Assembly (NCBI GenBank): GCA_965219385.1
Contig: CBDCNM010000002.1
Location: 3,854,305 to 3,918,304, forward strand
Origin: Candidatus Latescibacterota bacterium
Lineage (GTDB): Bacteria; Latescibacterota; UBA2968; UBA8231
Direction of reading: 5' to 3'
Length of the DNA: 64,000 nt
Shown: positions 35,268-44,957 of the stretch, piece after piece
Layout of the letters: each line of letters begins with the position of its first letter
Numbering within the stretch: position 1 is the stretch's first letter
Made by a program: the position numbers and the translations under genes
Notes under the pieces: model-generated
Database searches by the model: none
Seen by the model: only the letters and a program-made list of their open reading frames with translations
What the model was told of the DNA's origin: nothing

Positions 35268-36299
35268 TTATGGGGGTTTGCAGGGCTTCAGAAATGAGGT
35301 TGTAATCCTTTTCGACTTTTTCATGTACTCGTCGAAGTCCAGGACCGCGCCCTGGTCCGAGGCCGCGCCGATGCACTCCACCAGACCCACGGTGACCAGA
35401 TTCTGGGACCCGCTGACGCCGGGTTCCACGTCCTGGCGGATGTAGCGGTAGAACCCATCCAGCAGCGCGGCCTGAGGGTCGCTTTGATCCAGGGGCAAAG
35501 ACTCGGGCTCATCGGCGCCGGGCCGCTGTAGCTGTAGTTCGCCGCCCACCACCTGGAGGGTGCCTCCTTCGCATTCGAGGCGCAGGGTGGAGCCGCCGCT
35601 GTGGGCGGCAAAGGTGCACATAAAACCAAAGGTCGCACCCTGGTCGAATTCTACCCAGGCGTAAAGGCCGCCGCCGCCTTTGTAGGGACTCCAGGAAGGA
35701 TTGAAGCTGTGCCCCCAGACTCGTTTGGGGTGGGCCTTGAGTACGAAGCGGATTTCATCCAGATCGTGGATGCCGCGTTCCCACAGATAGGCATGATGGT
35801 CGACGCCGGAGTGGTGGGTGCCGGGTCGCCACCCATAGCGAGTCATCAGGCCAAAAGAAGGCGCCCCGTATACCTGGTCGCGGATGAGGCGGTGCAGGGT
35901 CGCGTTGAGGGGGGCGTAGCGCCGATCCTGGCAGACCATGACCTTGAGATTGCGCGCGCCGGCTTCCTCGACGATCTGAAGGGCCTGGGCCAGGTCCTTG
36001 GTAAAGGGTTTTTCCACCAGCACGTGCTTGCCGGCGCGCACCGCTTCCAGGCACTGGGCGGCGTGCAGATCGGGTGGGGTAATGACGATGACGGCCTCGG
36101 CTTCCACCGCTTCGAGGGCGGTATCCAGGGTGTCGAAACAGACGTCCTGACCCAGCCCGGTGGTTGCGCGGGCCGCGGCCAGGTTTTCCGCCCTGATATC
36201 GACCAGGGCTACGGTTTCGTAGTCCTGGCGCTGGCCAATGAGACGGATGGGCCAGGCTCCGCGTCCTCCGACGCCCAGGTGTATGGTGCGAATGGTCAT
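35268..36299 (-). CDS. Gfo/Idh/MocA family oxidoreductase
   Basis: HLGVGGRG, ITPPDLH, KHVLVEKP and IHDLD; ATG overlaps the pepA stop. Confidence 0.9.
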   Translation of the reverse strand: MTIRTIHLGVGGRGAWPIRLIGQRQDYETVALVDIRAENLAAARATTGLGQDVCFDTLDTALEAVEAEAVIVITPPDLHAAQCLEAVRAGKHVLVEKPFTKDLAQALQIVEEAGARNLKVMVCQDRRYAPLNATLHRLIRDQVYGAPSFGLMTRYGWRPGTHHSGVDHHAYLWERGIHDLDEIRFVLKAHPKRVWGHSFNPSWSPYKGGGGLYAWVEFDQGATFGFMCTFAAHSGGSTLRLECEGGTLQVVGGELQLQRPGADEPESLPLDQSDPQAALLDGFYRYIRQDVEPGVSGSQNLVTVGLVECIGAASDQGAVLDFDEYMKKSKRITTSFLKPCKPP

Positions 36300-37798
36300 G
36301 ATTTCCTTTTCCAGTTGCGGGCCAGCTGGGTCAACAGACGGACGCCGACGCCGACGCCGCCCTTGGGGATGTAGGGCCTGGGTTTTTCGCTCCAGGCCGT
36401 GCCGGCGATATCGAGGTGGACCCAGGGGTAGGCCTCGGTGAACTCGGCCAGGAGGGCCGCCCCGGTACTGACCCCGGCGTCCCGGCCCCCGCCGGTGTTT
36501 CGCATGTCCGCCACCTGGCTTTTTATTTGCTCGCGGTATTCGTCCCACAAAGGCAGGGGCCAGACCCGCTCGCCGGTCTGCTCGCCGGCTTCCCGCACCT
36601 TTGCGGCCAGGTCTTCGTCGTTGCCGAGCATGCCGCTGGCATGGTGGCCCAAGGCGATCACGCAAGCGCCCGTGAGGGTGGCCAGGTCAACCGCTCCGGC
36701 CGGCTTGAAGCGAGCGGCGTAGCCGAGAGCATCGGCCAGGATGAGGCGCCCCTCGGCATCGGTGTTGAGGATTTCGATGGTCTTGCCGGCCAGGGTTTTG
36801 AGGATATCGCCGGGTTTGTAGGAATGGCCATCCAGCAGATTCTCGGTGGCGGCCACCAGGCCGACGATGTAGTGGGGCAGGCCGAGGGCGGCCACAGCCT
36901 GCATGGCCCCCAGCACTGCAGCCGCGCCGCACATGTCGAATTTCATGTCGTCCATGCCGGCGCCGGGTTTTATGGAGATGCCGCCGCTGTCAAAGGTGAC
37001 GCCCTTGCCCACGAAGACCAGAGGGCGTGCCCCGGCCTTCTTGTTGTGCTCGAGGACGATGAAACGGGCGGGTTCGGCGCTGCCCTGGGAGACTCCCAGC
37101 AAGGCGCCCATCCCCAGGCGCTTCATGCCGGCCTCGTCGATGACCTTGCACTTGAGACCGTGCTCCCTGGCTATTTTGTGGGCCACCCGCGCCAGGTAGG
37201 AAGGGGTGACCGTGCTGCCCGGGTGGTTGGCCAGATCGCGCGCCAGGTAGGTGCCCTCGGCAATGGTACGGCCGACCCGGACGCCGCCCCGCGCCTTGGA
37301 GATTTTGCTTTTGTCGAATTCGAGGAGGGTGAGTTTTTTCAGGGTTTTTGTAGTCTTTTTTTCGCTGCGGTAGTGGTCGAAGCGATAGCAGGCCAGCATG
37401 CTGGCCTCGGCCATGGCCTGGGCGGATTCCTCGACGGGCAGGCTGCCGGCTCCGGTCCCGTGGAGGATGGTGCTGGCCTGTTTAACCCCCAGGTCCTGGA
37501 GGGTGCGGGCGGCGGTGCCGGCTGCCTGGCGGACCCCTTCGAGGTCGAAGTCCTCCTGCTTGCCCAGGCCCACGACCAGAACCCGGCGGGCGGGAATTTT
37601 TGCCTGGGTGTAGAGCAGCAGAGTTTCGTTTTTTTTGCCCTTGAAGTCGCCGCAATCCAGGGCTTCGCCGATCAGGCCGTCCAGGGCCTGGTCCACGGGT
37701 TTGGTGGCGCCGCCGGGGCGGGCGCCCTCAAAGAGGTTGACGACGATGGCCTCGTCGGCCTTTTTTTGTATTTCTCCCTGTTGTACTGTAATATTCAT
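36296..37798 (-). CDS. pepA: Leucyl aminopeptidase (M17)
   Basis: VGKGVTFDSGG, MKFDM, NTDAEGRL, ATLTGA and HLDIAG. Confidence 0.96.
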   Translation of the reverse strand: MNITVQQGEIQKKADEAIVVNLFEGARPGGATKPVDQALDGLIGEALDCGDFKGKKNETLLLYTQAKIPARRVLVVGLGKQEDFDLEGVRQAAGTAARTLQDLGVKQASTILHGTGAGSLPVEESAQAMAEASMLACYRFDHYRSEKKTTKTLKKLTLLEFDKSKISKARGGVRVGRTIAEGTYLARDLANHPGSTVTPSYLARVAHKIAREHGLKCKVIDEAGMKRLGMGALLGVSQGSAEPARFIVLEHNKKAGARPLVFVGKGVTFDSGGISIKPGAGMDDMKFDMCGAAAVLGAMQAVAALGLPHYIVGLVAATENLLDGHSYKPGDILKTLAGKTIEILNTDAEGRLILADALGYAARFKPAGAVDLATLTGACVIALGHHASGMLGNDEDLAAKVREAGEQTGERVWPLPLWDEYREQIKSQVADMRNTGGGRDAGVSTGAALLAEFTEAYPWVHLDIAGTAWSEKPRPYIPKGGVGVGVRLLTQLARNWKRKS

Positions 37799-37838
37799 AT
37801 TCTTCCCTTTCGATTTCGGGGTAGATCGAAGCGCGCAA

Positions 37839-37867
37839 ATTATAGCCAAGCTCCCTTTCACTGTCAA
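37839..37867 (-). promoter_or_regulatory. Perfect-consensus sigma70 promoter for the pepA operon
   Basis: Minus strand TTGACA-N17-TATAAT, about 40 bp upstream of the pepA ATG. Confidence 0.8.
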
Positions 37868-37882
37868 GATAGGTAGGTCGCG

Positions 37883-38581
37883 ATGGAGATATTCATCATC
37901 AGGCACGGGCAATCAGCCAACAATGCACTCACCGACATCACCCGGCGCAGCAAGGATCCCCTGCTGACCGAGATCGGCAAAAAACAGGCCGAGATCGTCG
38001 GGCCCTTTCTGGCGCAGGGCAGACACTTAAATCTGGCAGAGAGGCAAAACGGACGTCCCTTCCTGGACCACCTCTATTGCAGCCCCATGATCCGCTGTCT
38101 GCAAACCGCCCGGCCCATCGGCCAGGCCCTGGGGTTGGTCCCCGAGGTGTGGGTGGATATCCACGAACAGGGGGGCATCTTCCTGGACCACGGGGGCGAG
38201 AGAGGCGTGATGGGCTATCCGGGGCAGACCCGGAGCCAGATCCTGGAGGAGTTTCCCGACTATGTGCTGCCCGACCAAGTCGGCGCGGAGGGCTGGTGGA
38301 ACAAGGGGTTCGAAGAGATCCACCTGTGCCATGGCCGGGCCATCGGGGTGGCCCATGCCCTGCACCAGCGCGCCGGCGAGGAGCGCCGCATCGGCCTGGT
38401 TTCGCACGGGGGGTTTATCGACGCCTTGCTCAAGGCCCTGGGACGCCAGCTGCCGGGCGATGGGTTGCACTACGATCACTACAATACCGCCATTACCCGC
38501 GTCCACCTGGCGCCGGAAGGCAGGGTGGCGGTGAAGTACATGAACCAGGTCGATCACCTGCCCGACGGACTGGTCACCTGA
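37883..38581 (+). CDS. Histidine phosphatase (phosphoglycerate mutase-like) family protein
   Basis: IRHGQS, SPMIRCLQTA, VSHG and NTAIT motifs. Confidence 0.9.
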   Translation: MEIFIIRHGQSANNALTDITRRSKDPLLTEIGKKQAEIVGPFLAQGRHLNLAERQNGRPFLDHLYCSPMIRCLQTARPIGQALGLVPEVWVDIHEQGGIFLDHGGERGVMGYPGQTRSQILEEFPDYVLPDQVGAEGWWNKGFEEIHLCHGRAIGVAHALHQRAGEERRIGLVSHGGFIDALLKALGRQLPGDGLHYDHYNTAITRVHLAPEGRVAVKYMNQVDHLPDGLVT

Positions 38582-38690
38582 CGCTACTGGTCCGGGACGG
38601 GCAAAGGGCCAGAGGTGAGGTCGGGTGTGGCCGTCGCCTGTTGCGCTTGCCCATGAATACCGCGTCCATCACCGCAGAGGAGGATGAGCA

Positions 38691-39059
38691 ATGAAGTGTT
38701 ATGGTCTGACCCTCAACTTGAAGGACGACGAGGAAACCATCGAAAAATACAAAGAGTACCACCGCCATCCCTGGCCGGAACCCCTGGAGGGGATTGGCGC
38801 GGTCGGCGTCCTGGAGATGAAGATCTTTCTCCTGGGGCGTCGCATGTTCATGTACATGGCCACGGTGGACGAATTCGATCCAGCGGTGGATTTCGCCCGC
38901 TACATGGAGCAAAATCCCCGGGCCCGGGAATGGGACGATTTGATGCGCACATTCCAGGAGCGGGCTCCGGAAGCCGGAGAGGGCGAGTGGTGGGCCTTCA
39001 TGGAGCAAGTCTTCGATCTACAGGATCACCTACCCCCAGCACAGGAGAGTCAACCGTGA
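38691..39059 (+). CDS. L-rhamnose mutarotase family protein
   Basis: YKEYHRHPWPE, MKIF, WDDLM and MEQVF; GAGGAGG RBS. Confidence 0.85.
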   Translation: MKCYGLTLNLKDDEETIEKYKEYHRHPWPEPLEGIGAVGVLEMKIFLLGRRMFMYMATVDEFDPAVDFARYMEQNPRAREWDDLMRTFQERAPEAGEGEWWAFMEQVFDLQDHLPPAQESQP

Positions 39060-39838
39060 GCAATCAACAGAGTGTGAATGGCAGGGTCGCGGGCAAGACG
39101 GCCCTGGTTACCGGAGCGGCTTCGGGCATCGGAGAGGGCACCGCCCTCTTGCTGGCCCGGGAAGGGGCCGCCGTGAGCGTGGTGGACGTGGACGAGGTAA
39201 AGGGCAGGAAGGTGGTGGAAAAGATCAAAAAAGAGGGGGGCGAGGCCATCTTCATCAAGGCAGATGTAGGCAAAAGCGCTCAGGTCCGCAGGATGATCGA
39301 GCGCACCGAAAAGGCCTTTGGACGGCTGGATATCCTCCACAACAATGCCATCTGGTACAAGAACGGGAAGGCCACGGACCTGGATGAAAAGGACTGGGAC
39401 CGGACCCTGGATGTGGGCTTGAAGACGATTTACCTGAGCGCCAAGTACGGCATCCCCACAATGTGCAAAACAGGGGGAGGAGCCATCGTCAACACCGCTT
39501 CGGTGCATTCCCTGGTGGGTTTTGCCGAGCACACCGCTTACGATACGGCCAAGGCCGGCATTCTGGGATTGACGCGGGTGCTGGCCCTGGACTACGGTCC
39601 GGATATCCGGGTGAACGCGGTGCTGCCCGGGGCCATCTTCACGCCGCTGTGGATGGGCATACCGCCCAAAGTTCGCAAACAGTACGTAGAGGAATTTTCC
39701 GAAATGGTGCCGGCCAAACGCCTCGGAACCCCGGAGGATATTGCGCGCGCCGTGTTGTTCCTGGCCTCTGAGGAGGCCTCCTTTATTACCGGCACTTCGC
39801 TGGTGGTGGACGGCGGCCTATTGGCCCGGACCATGTAA
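39056..39838 (+). CDS. Short-chain dehydrogenase/reductase
   Basis: TGAASGIG, HNNA, YDTAK and VDGG; the GTG start overlaps the upstream TGA. Confidence 0.92.
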   Translation: MSNQQSVNGRVAGKTALVTGAASGIGEGTALLLAREGAAVSVVDVDEVKGRKVVEKIKKEGGEAIFIKADVGKSAQVRRMIERTEKAFGRLDILHNNAIWYKNGKATDLDEKDWDRTLDVGLKTIYLSAKYGIPTMCKTGGGAIVNTASVHSLVGFAEHTAYDTAKAGILGLTRVLALDYGPDIRVNAVLPGAIFTPLWMGIPPKVRKQYVEEFSEMVPAKRLGTPEDIARAVLFLASEEASFITGTSLVVDGGLLARTM

Positions 39839-39867
39839 AACGACCGCATTGCCGCGAAAGGGCCACG

Positions 39868-40950
39868 TTGATCTATAATTTTTCTCCCGGCCCGGCAGTA
39901 CTGCCTCACTGTGTGCTCGCAGAAGCCGCCGCACAGCTGGTCGACTTCCAGGGCCAAGGCATGTCCATCCTGGAGATGAGCCACCGAGGCAAGATCTACG
40001 AATCCGTGCACGAAGAGGCCATGGAACGGTGGCGCCGCATCTATGCCATGCCTGACGACTTCGAGCTTCTCTTCCTGCAGGGCGGGGCCTCCACTCAGTT
40101 CGCCATGGTGCCGCTGAACCTGTTGGAGGATGGAAATTCAGCGGACTATATCTGTACGGGTAGCTGGTCCCAAAAAGCCATCGCCGAGATCGAGCACCTG
40201 GGCAAGCCCTACCGCATCGCCGGCAGCAGCGAAGATCGAAACTTCAGCTATATTCCTCCTGGGGACCGACTCGACCTGGACGGCCGGGCCGCATACGTCC
40301 ACATAACCACCAACAACACCATCTACGGCACCCAGTACGCCGTCCTGCCCGCTACCGGGGAGGTCTGGTTGGCGGCGGATATGTCTTCGGACCTGCTGTC
40401 GCGGCCCTTGTCCTGGGACGGGGTAGGATTGGTCTACGGAGGGGCCCAGAAAAACGCCGGCATTGCCGGCCTCACTGTGGTGGGTATACGCCGGGCGTTG
40501 CTGCCGTGCCGGTCGGAGAAGGTCCCGACCATGTTGCAGTACCAGACCCACGTCGGCACCAATTGCCTGTACAACACACCACCCACCTTTGCGGTGTACA
40601 TGCTCAATCTGGTGTTGCGATGGATCGAAGGGCAGGGCGGCCTGGAGGCTGTGGAAGGGTGCAGTCGCCACAAGGCCGGTCTTATCTATCAAGCCCTGGA
40701 TGAACACCGCGAGTTCTACAACGGCCACGCCGAGCCGGATTCGCGCTCCCTGATGAACATCACCTTCACCCTGAAGGACCGCGGCCTGGAGTCGTCTTTT
40801 TGCACCACGGCCGAATCCTACGGCTTGGTCGGGCTCAAGGGGCATCGCGCCGTGGGGGGAATTCGGGCCTCTACCTACAATGCCATGCCCGTGGAGGGCT
40901 GCCAGGCCCTGGCGGATTTCATGGCCGATTTCGTCCATCGAAACGGATGA
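39868..40950 (+). CDS. serC: Phosphoserine aminotransferase
   Basis: NFSPGPA, EMSHR, LQGGA, NNTIYG, DMSS, GAQKN, YNTPP and GHRAVGGIRASTYN. Confidence 0.96.
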   Translation: MIYNFSPGPAVLPHCVLAEAAAQLVDFQGQGMSILEMSHRGKIYESVHEEAMERWRRIYAMPDDFELLFLQGGASTQFAMVPLNLLEDGNSADYICTGSWSQKAIAEIEHLGKPYRIAGSSEDRNFSYIPPGDRLDLDGRAAYVHITTNNTIYGTQYAVLPATGEVWLAADMSSDLLSRPLSWDGVGLVYGGAQKNAGIAGLTVVGIRRALLPCRSEKVPTMLQYQTHVGTNCLYNTPPTFAVYMLNLVLRWIEGQGGLEAVEGCSRHKAGLIYQALDEHREFYNGHAEPDSRSLMNITFTLKDRGLESSFCTTAESYGLVGLKGHRAVGGIRASTYNAMPVEGCQALADFMADFVHRNG

Positions 40951-40980
40951 TCTTCGCGGCTTTTGAGCCCCCTCACGGGC

Positions 40981-42408
40981 TCAGCGCTTTTTGCGCTGGG
41001 CTTTCTTCTTTTTGGGGGCGGTTTTGCCGCTGGCCTGCAGCCGGTGGGCGGTATTCACCGAGCCGATGTGCAGGGTATCGTAGGCTTGCTGCGAACTCTG
41101 GAAGGACCCCCGGTGGTCGGTACCGTGCCATTGCAGATTGGTGTACATGGGATTGGTCCGCCCGCTTTGCCGCTCTCGCCGGGCGATCCAGGCGTCCATG
41201 CGCTGCTTGAGAGCAGCGCAGACCTCGGGCTCTTGAGCGGCCCGGTTTTCGAGTTCGAGGGGATCCTGGATCAGGTTGTAGAGTTCGACCTGGGGTTTGA
41301 AGTGAAAGTCGGGTTCCAGGGCTACCATCAACTTCCACTCCGGGGTGCGCCAGCCGTGCTTGCGCATCCAGGTGCACTCGGTGATGTAGAAGTCCGCGTA
41401 GTTGGAGGCTTTGTGGCCGTGAATCAGGGGCAACAAGGAGGCCCCGTCGAACTTGATCCCGGGGCGGATGCCGAGCAGCTGCATCAGGGTAGGGACCAGG
41501 TCCTGGTGCAGGTTTTTACCGGGTACGCGCAGGCCCGACGGCAGCTTGCCGGGCAGGCGCATAATCAGCGGCACGTGTAAGGTATTCTCGTACATGCCGT
41601 GGTGATCGAACCAGCATTGGTGTTCGTAGAGGGTTTCACCATGGTCGCCATTGAGCACGATCAGGGTGTTTTCGGCCAGGCCCAGCTCCTCGACCCGGGT
41701 GAGGATGCGCTGGATGCAGGCGTCCATATAGGCTACAGCGCCGTCGTACTGGGCGACGATGTACTCGGCATCGCGGATGCCAGGGGGCATCCACTCGGCG
41801 AAGAAGTCGCAGAAGGGCTTGAAGGCCATCACCGGTTCCATGGAGCGGTTTTGGGGATCGAATTCGTCGCCGCTGTAGAACATCCGTTCGAAGGGACCGG
41901 GCGGCAAATAAGGGGCGTGGGGGTCCATGTGGCGCAGGAAGAGGAAGAAGGGCGCGTCCTGGGCGGCCAGTCGTTCCAGTTCGGGCAGGGCCACGTCGTT
42001 GAGTTTTTCCGCCTTGGGGCTGCGGCCCTCGGTCCAGGAGCCCCAACCAGGGTATTCCAGATAGGTGGCGAAACCACGCGAACCGGGGTTGTGGCCCAAC
42101 CCCACGCAGGTGGTGTTGTACCCGGCTTTGCCCAGGATCTCGGGCAGGGTCTGAATGTTTTCGGGCAAGCCTCCCTGATGGCGCAGGGCAACCACCGAAG
42201 TGGAGAAGCAGTCCAGGCCCGTGAGCATGGAGGCGTACGCCGATGTGGTGGGGATGTGGGCGGAGAAGGTCTGCTCAAAGAGCACCCCTTGCCGGGCAAA
42301 ATGGTCGATATGCGGGGTGGTCAGACGGTGGTAGCCATAGCTGCTCATATGATCGGCGCGCAGGCTATCTGCGCCAAAAAGGATGAGGTTGAGTTTTTTC
42401 CTGGGCAT
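40981..42408 (-). CDS. Sulfatase-like hydrolase (alkaline phosphatase superfamily) lacking the C/S-x-P-x-R motif
   Basis: DSLRADH, TTPHID, DPHAPY, GDHGE and HVPLI. The nucleophile region reads IPTTSAYASMLTG. Confidence 0.88.
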   Translation of the reverse strand: MPRKKLNLILFGADSLRADHMSSYGYHRLTTPHIDHFARQGVLFEQTFSAHIPTTSAYASMLTGLDCFSTSVVALRHQGGLPENIQTLPEILGKAGYNTTCVGLGHNPGSRGFATYLEYPGWGSWTEGRSPKAEKLNDVALPELERLAAQDAPFFLFLRHMDPHAPYLPPGPFERMFYSGDEFDPQNRSMEPVMAFKPFCDFFAEWMPPGIRDAEYIVAQYDGAVAYMDACIQRILTRVEELGLAENTLIVLNGDHGETLYEHQCWFDHHGMYENTLHVPLIMRLPGKLPSGLRVPGKNLHQDLVPTLMQLLGIRPGIKFDGASLLPLIHGHKASNYADFYITECTWMRKHGWRTPEWKLMVALEPDFHFKPQVELYNLIQDPLELENRAAQEPEVCAALKQRMDAWIARRERQSGRTNPMYTNLQWHGTDHRGSFQSSQQAYDTLHIGSVNTAHRLQASGKTAPKKKKAQRKKR

Positions 42409-42464
42409 GGTAGTCCTCGGGGTACGGCCCTCGGGGTACGGCGTTTATGGGTGAAAGACAGGAT

Positions 42465-42493
42465 ATGCTAAAGGGTTTTGGAAAGGGCGTCAA
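42465..42493 (-). promoter_or_regulatory. Sigma70-type promoter for the sulfatase-like gene
   Basis: Minus strand TTGACG-N17-TAGCAT. Confidence 0.6.
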
Positions 42494-42580
42494 GCGGGGG
42501 GAGGTCTTCTTATTTATTAGATGTGGGGGATTCGCAATTTTTGGCAAAGTTGCACCGGAGGTGAAGAAAATATAAGTTCC

Positions 42581-42703
42581 ATTGGCTGCCGGTGGAAAAA
42601 GGAATACCAGGCCGATGCGCGCAATGCCTTTCCGGGCCCGGGTCGCTTAGGTCCCGATGACGAGGAAGTGTTGCGTCAGGAGCGCGATATATTAAAAAAC
42701 ATT
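42581..42703 (+). pseudogene. Degenerate IS3-family OrfA transposase fragment
   Basis: Translates as RWKKEYQADARNAFPGPGRLGPDDEEVLRQERDILKN, like IS3 OrfA 'W..ey...aFPG.G...L..ErdILKK', and ends at TTAAAAAAC. Confidence 0.6.
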
Positions 42704-42806
42704 GTTGGCACCTTGCGAAGGCGCTCCTGGGGGGCATGGTGCCGCTTTCGGTCCCTTCGAGATCCGTCGTGGATGAGGGTGTGAGTAGCACAAGGAGCAG
42801 AGACGC

Positions 42807-43379
42807 ATGGCACAGGAAGAACACGTGTCCCTCATCAAAAAGGGGACGGGAACCTGGAACCAGTGGCGGCGAGACAATCCCGGGGTGCGGCCCGACCTGT
42901 ACTCCGCCCACTTGAAAGGCGTTGTCTGCACCGGCATGGACCTGTCAGGGGCCGTTCTCTCCGTGGCCATCCTCAACGGCGCCGACTTCAGCGAGGCGAA
43001 TCTGCGACAGGCCGATATCAGCAGCGCCAACCTGACGGAAGCCGTCCTGGGTCTAGCCGATTTGCACGGCGCGGATTGCCGCGGCACGAATCTCAGCCGG
43101 GCGGATCTGCGCGGGGCCGATTTGGGAAGCGTGGACCTGCGCAGCGCTCTGCTGGTGGGCGCCGACCTCCAGGAAACGGATCTGTCCGGTGCCAACCTGA
43201 GCAGCACCCTCCTGCAAACGGCGCAGAACCTGAGCATCGCCCAACTCGCCAGCACCCGCACCCTGTGGCTGGCCGAGTTGGGCGGGCGTCTGGATCTGGC
43301 CCGGCAGCACTGTCCCCACCTGCTGGAGCGCCGCGACCTCATGATTTTGAGGAGCCCTCATTCCAGCCAGAAGCCGTAG
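42807..43379 (+). CDS. Pentapeptide repeat protein
   Basis: WNQWR N-terminus followed by tandem A(D/N)Lxx repeats; AAGGAG RBS. Confidence 0.92.
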   Translation: MAQEEHVSLIKKGTGTWNQWRRDNPGVRPDLYSAHLKGVVCTGMDLSGAVLSVAILNGADFSEANLRQADISSANLTEAVLGLADLHGADCRGTNLSRADLRGADLGSVDLRSALLVGADLQETDLSGANLSSTLLQTAQNLSIAQLASTRTLWLAELGGRLDLARQHCPHLLERRDLMILRSPHSSQKP

Positions 43380-44818
43380 AGTCGCGCCTTCCGCAGATGG
43401 AAGCGTAGGCGCACGGGGGTTTCAGTAAGTTCAGTCGCAGTCCCTTCCTCCCACGTGATGGCGTCGCGCAGGTGATCTCCTTGCAGGGGCCGGCACTCGC
43501 CGACCGACCGGCCGGGCAAGGGGGTATGGCTCTCCGCGTCCACCACCTCCACGAGCACCTCGCCGTCGCCGGTATCGGCATTCACGTATAATTCCTCTCC
43601 CTTCCATATAAAAGAAGCGGTGAGCAGCTCACCCTCGGTGGACGCGTCGAGGGAGACGAAGCCGTCTAGTCGCAGTTTGGCCAGACAGATGGCCGAGCTT
43701 TCCTCGAAGAAGGCATCGTTGTAGATGCTGGGATCGAGATCGGCGAACAAATTCCGGTGTCCGCGAAAACGATAGGCGAGGTAGTAGATCCAGATCTCCT
43801 GCCCACGCACGATGGGGGGGCCGCACAGGGCTACCTGGGCATTGCCGAAGTTGGCGCCACCCTCCCAGGGTTCCACCCCGACAAAGACGGCGCGGTCGGC
43901 CACTCGCTGCCAGTGGTGGGCGTCCCTCGACACGGCCAGTTCCACCTGGTTGAGGCCGGTGTGGTTGGTCTGCTCCGGATCGGTGCCGGAAGGATTGAAG
44001 AGCAGGGGGAAGCCGATGTACAGACCCTCGTAGGTCATGACCGGCAACATGTAGAGCTGGGCGATGTACTCCCTGCCGTCGACGGCAGGAGGAGACAGAT
44101 AGGCCGGATCGTCGACGACCTCCTGGATCCGGCGCCTGCGGTTCTCCTGGTCGATCTCGTCGGTGTGGAGGATGAGCACCGGGTCGGTCCAGTGAACGAA
44201 GTCGGGGCTGGTCACCAGCCAGGCCGAGCGGCCCCACTCGGTGCGGTGTTTCACCGTGGCCAGGTAGCGTTTGCCCACGTCGTCGCAGATGAGCTGGGAG
44301 GTATCCTGACTGGGGATGGGGTGCACATCCAGAAAAGTCCACTGAAAACCGTCGGGTGACACCCCGGGACACCGGTTCATGTGGTCGATATCGCTGAAGA
44401 AGGCCTTGTAGCGGCGCTGGGGATCCCCGTCGCCCTCGTCGCGGATAACGTGATACAGGGAGCGCTCGGGGGATTGGTAGGCGATGTTGTTGGCCGTGGA
44501 GCCGTTCCACTCGTACAGGCCCAGGTCGGGCTTTTCCCAGTGCAGGCCGTCTGTTGAGGTGGCGTAGAGGGAGAGGCTGTCCTCGGTGAAGGTGGTGTAG
44601 CCCTTGTACCACCACTCCCAAAGAGATTTTTCGGAATTCCATTGGGGAACACTACCGCTCTGCACGTGTTTTTCTCCCCGGGAGTGGTCCGGTCGCAGAA
44701 CGGGCCCGCAGCGCTCGGGTCGGTGCAGCACGCGTTGAAGGCCGGACATAGCCTCGATGGCGCCGTTGTCCAGGAAGAGCTGCTTGTGCCGGTGAGGATG
44801 GATGGGGTCGCGGCTCAC
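43358..44818 (-). CDS. Glycosidase-like beta-propeller hypothetical protein
   Basis: KQLFLD, YATSTDGLHWEKP, SPDGFQW, SPDFVHW, SRDAHHW and LRLDGFVS; GTG start with AAGGAG RBS. Confidence 0.75.
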   Translation of the reverse strand: MSRDPIHPHRHKQLFLDNGAIEAMSGLQRVLHRPERCGPVLRPDHSRGEKHVQSGSVPQWNSEKSLWEWWYKGYTTFTEDSLSLYATSTDGLHWEKPDLGLYEWNGSTANNIAYQSPERSLYHVIRDEGDGDPQRRYKAFFSDIDHMNRCPGVSPDGFQWTFLDVHPIPSQDTSQLICDDVGKRYLATVKHRTEWGRSAWLVTSPDFVHWTDPVLILHTDEIDQENRRRRIQEVVDDPAYLSPPAVDGREYIAQLYMLPVMTYEGLYIGFPLLFNPSGTDPEQTNHTGLNQVELAVSRDAHHWQRVADRAVFVGVEPWEGGANFGNAQVALCGPPIVRGQEIWIYYLAYRFRGHRNLFADLDPSIYNDAFFEESSAICLAKLRLDGFVSLDASTEGELLTASFIWKGEELYVNADTGDGEVLVEVVDAESHTPLPGRSVGECRPLQGDHLRDAITWEEGTATELTETPVRLRFHLRKARLYGFWLE

Positions 44819-44957
44819 GAGTTGTGATATTCTCCTTGATATGTGCTCAAATAGTGTGTAAGCTAAGACAGCCGGTCGGGCTGTCAAGCTCGTCCGGGGC
44901 TTGCAGCACCGACGGCTTGTCGTCAGACATAGTCTAACCAAGAGAAGAATCCATGTT

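Noticed and set aside
42807..43379. Qnr-type quinolone resistance gene
   Set aside because: It is a generic A(D/N)Lxx pentapeptide repeat protein with a WNxWR leader and lacks recognisable Qnr-specific loops.
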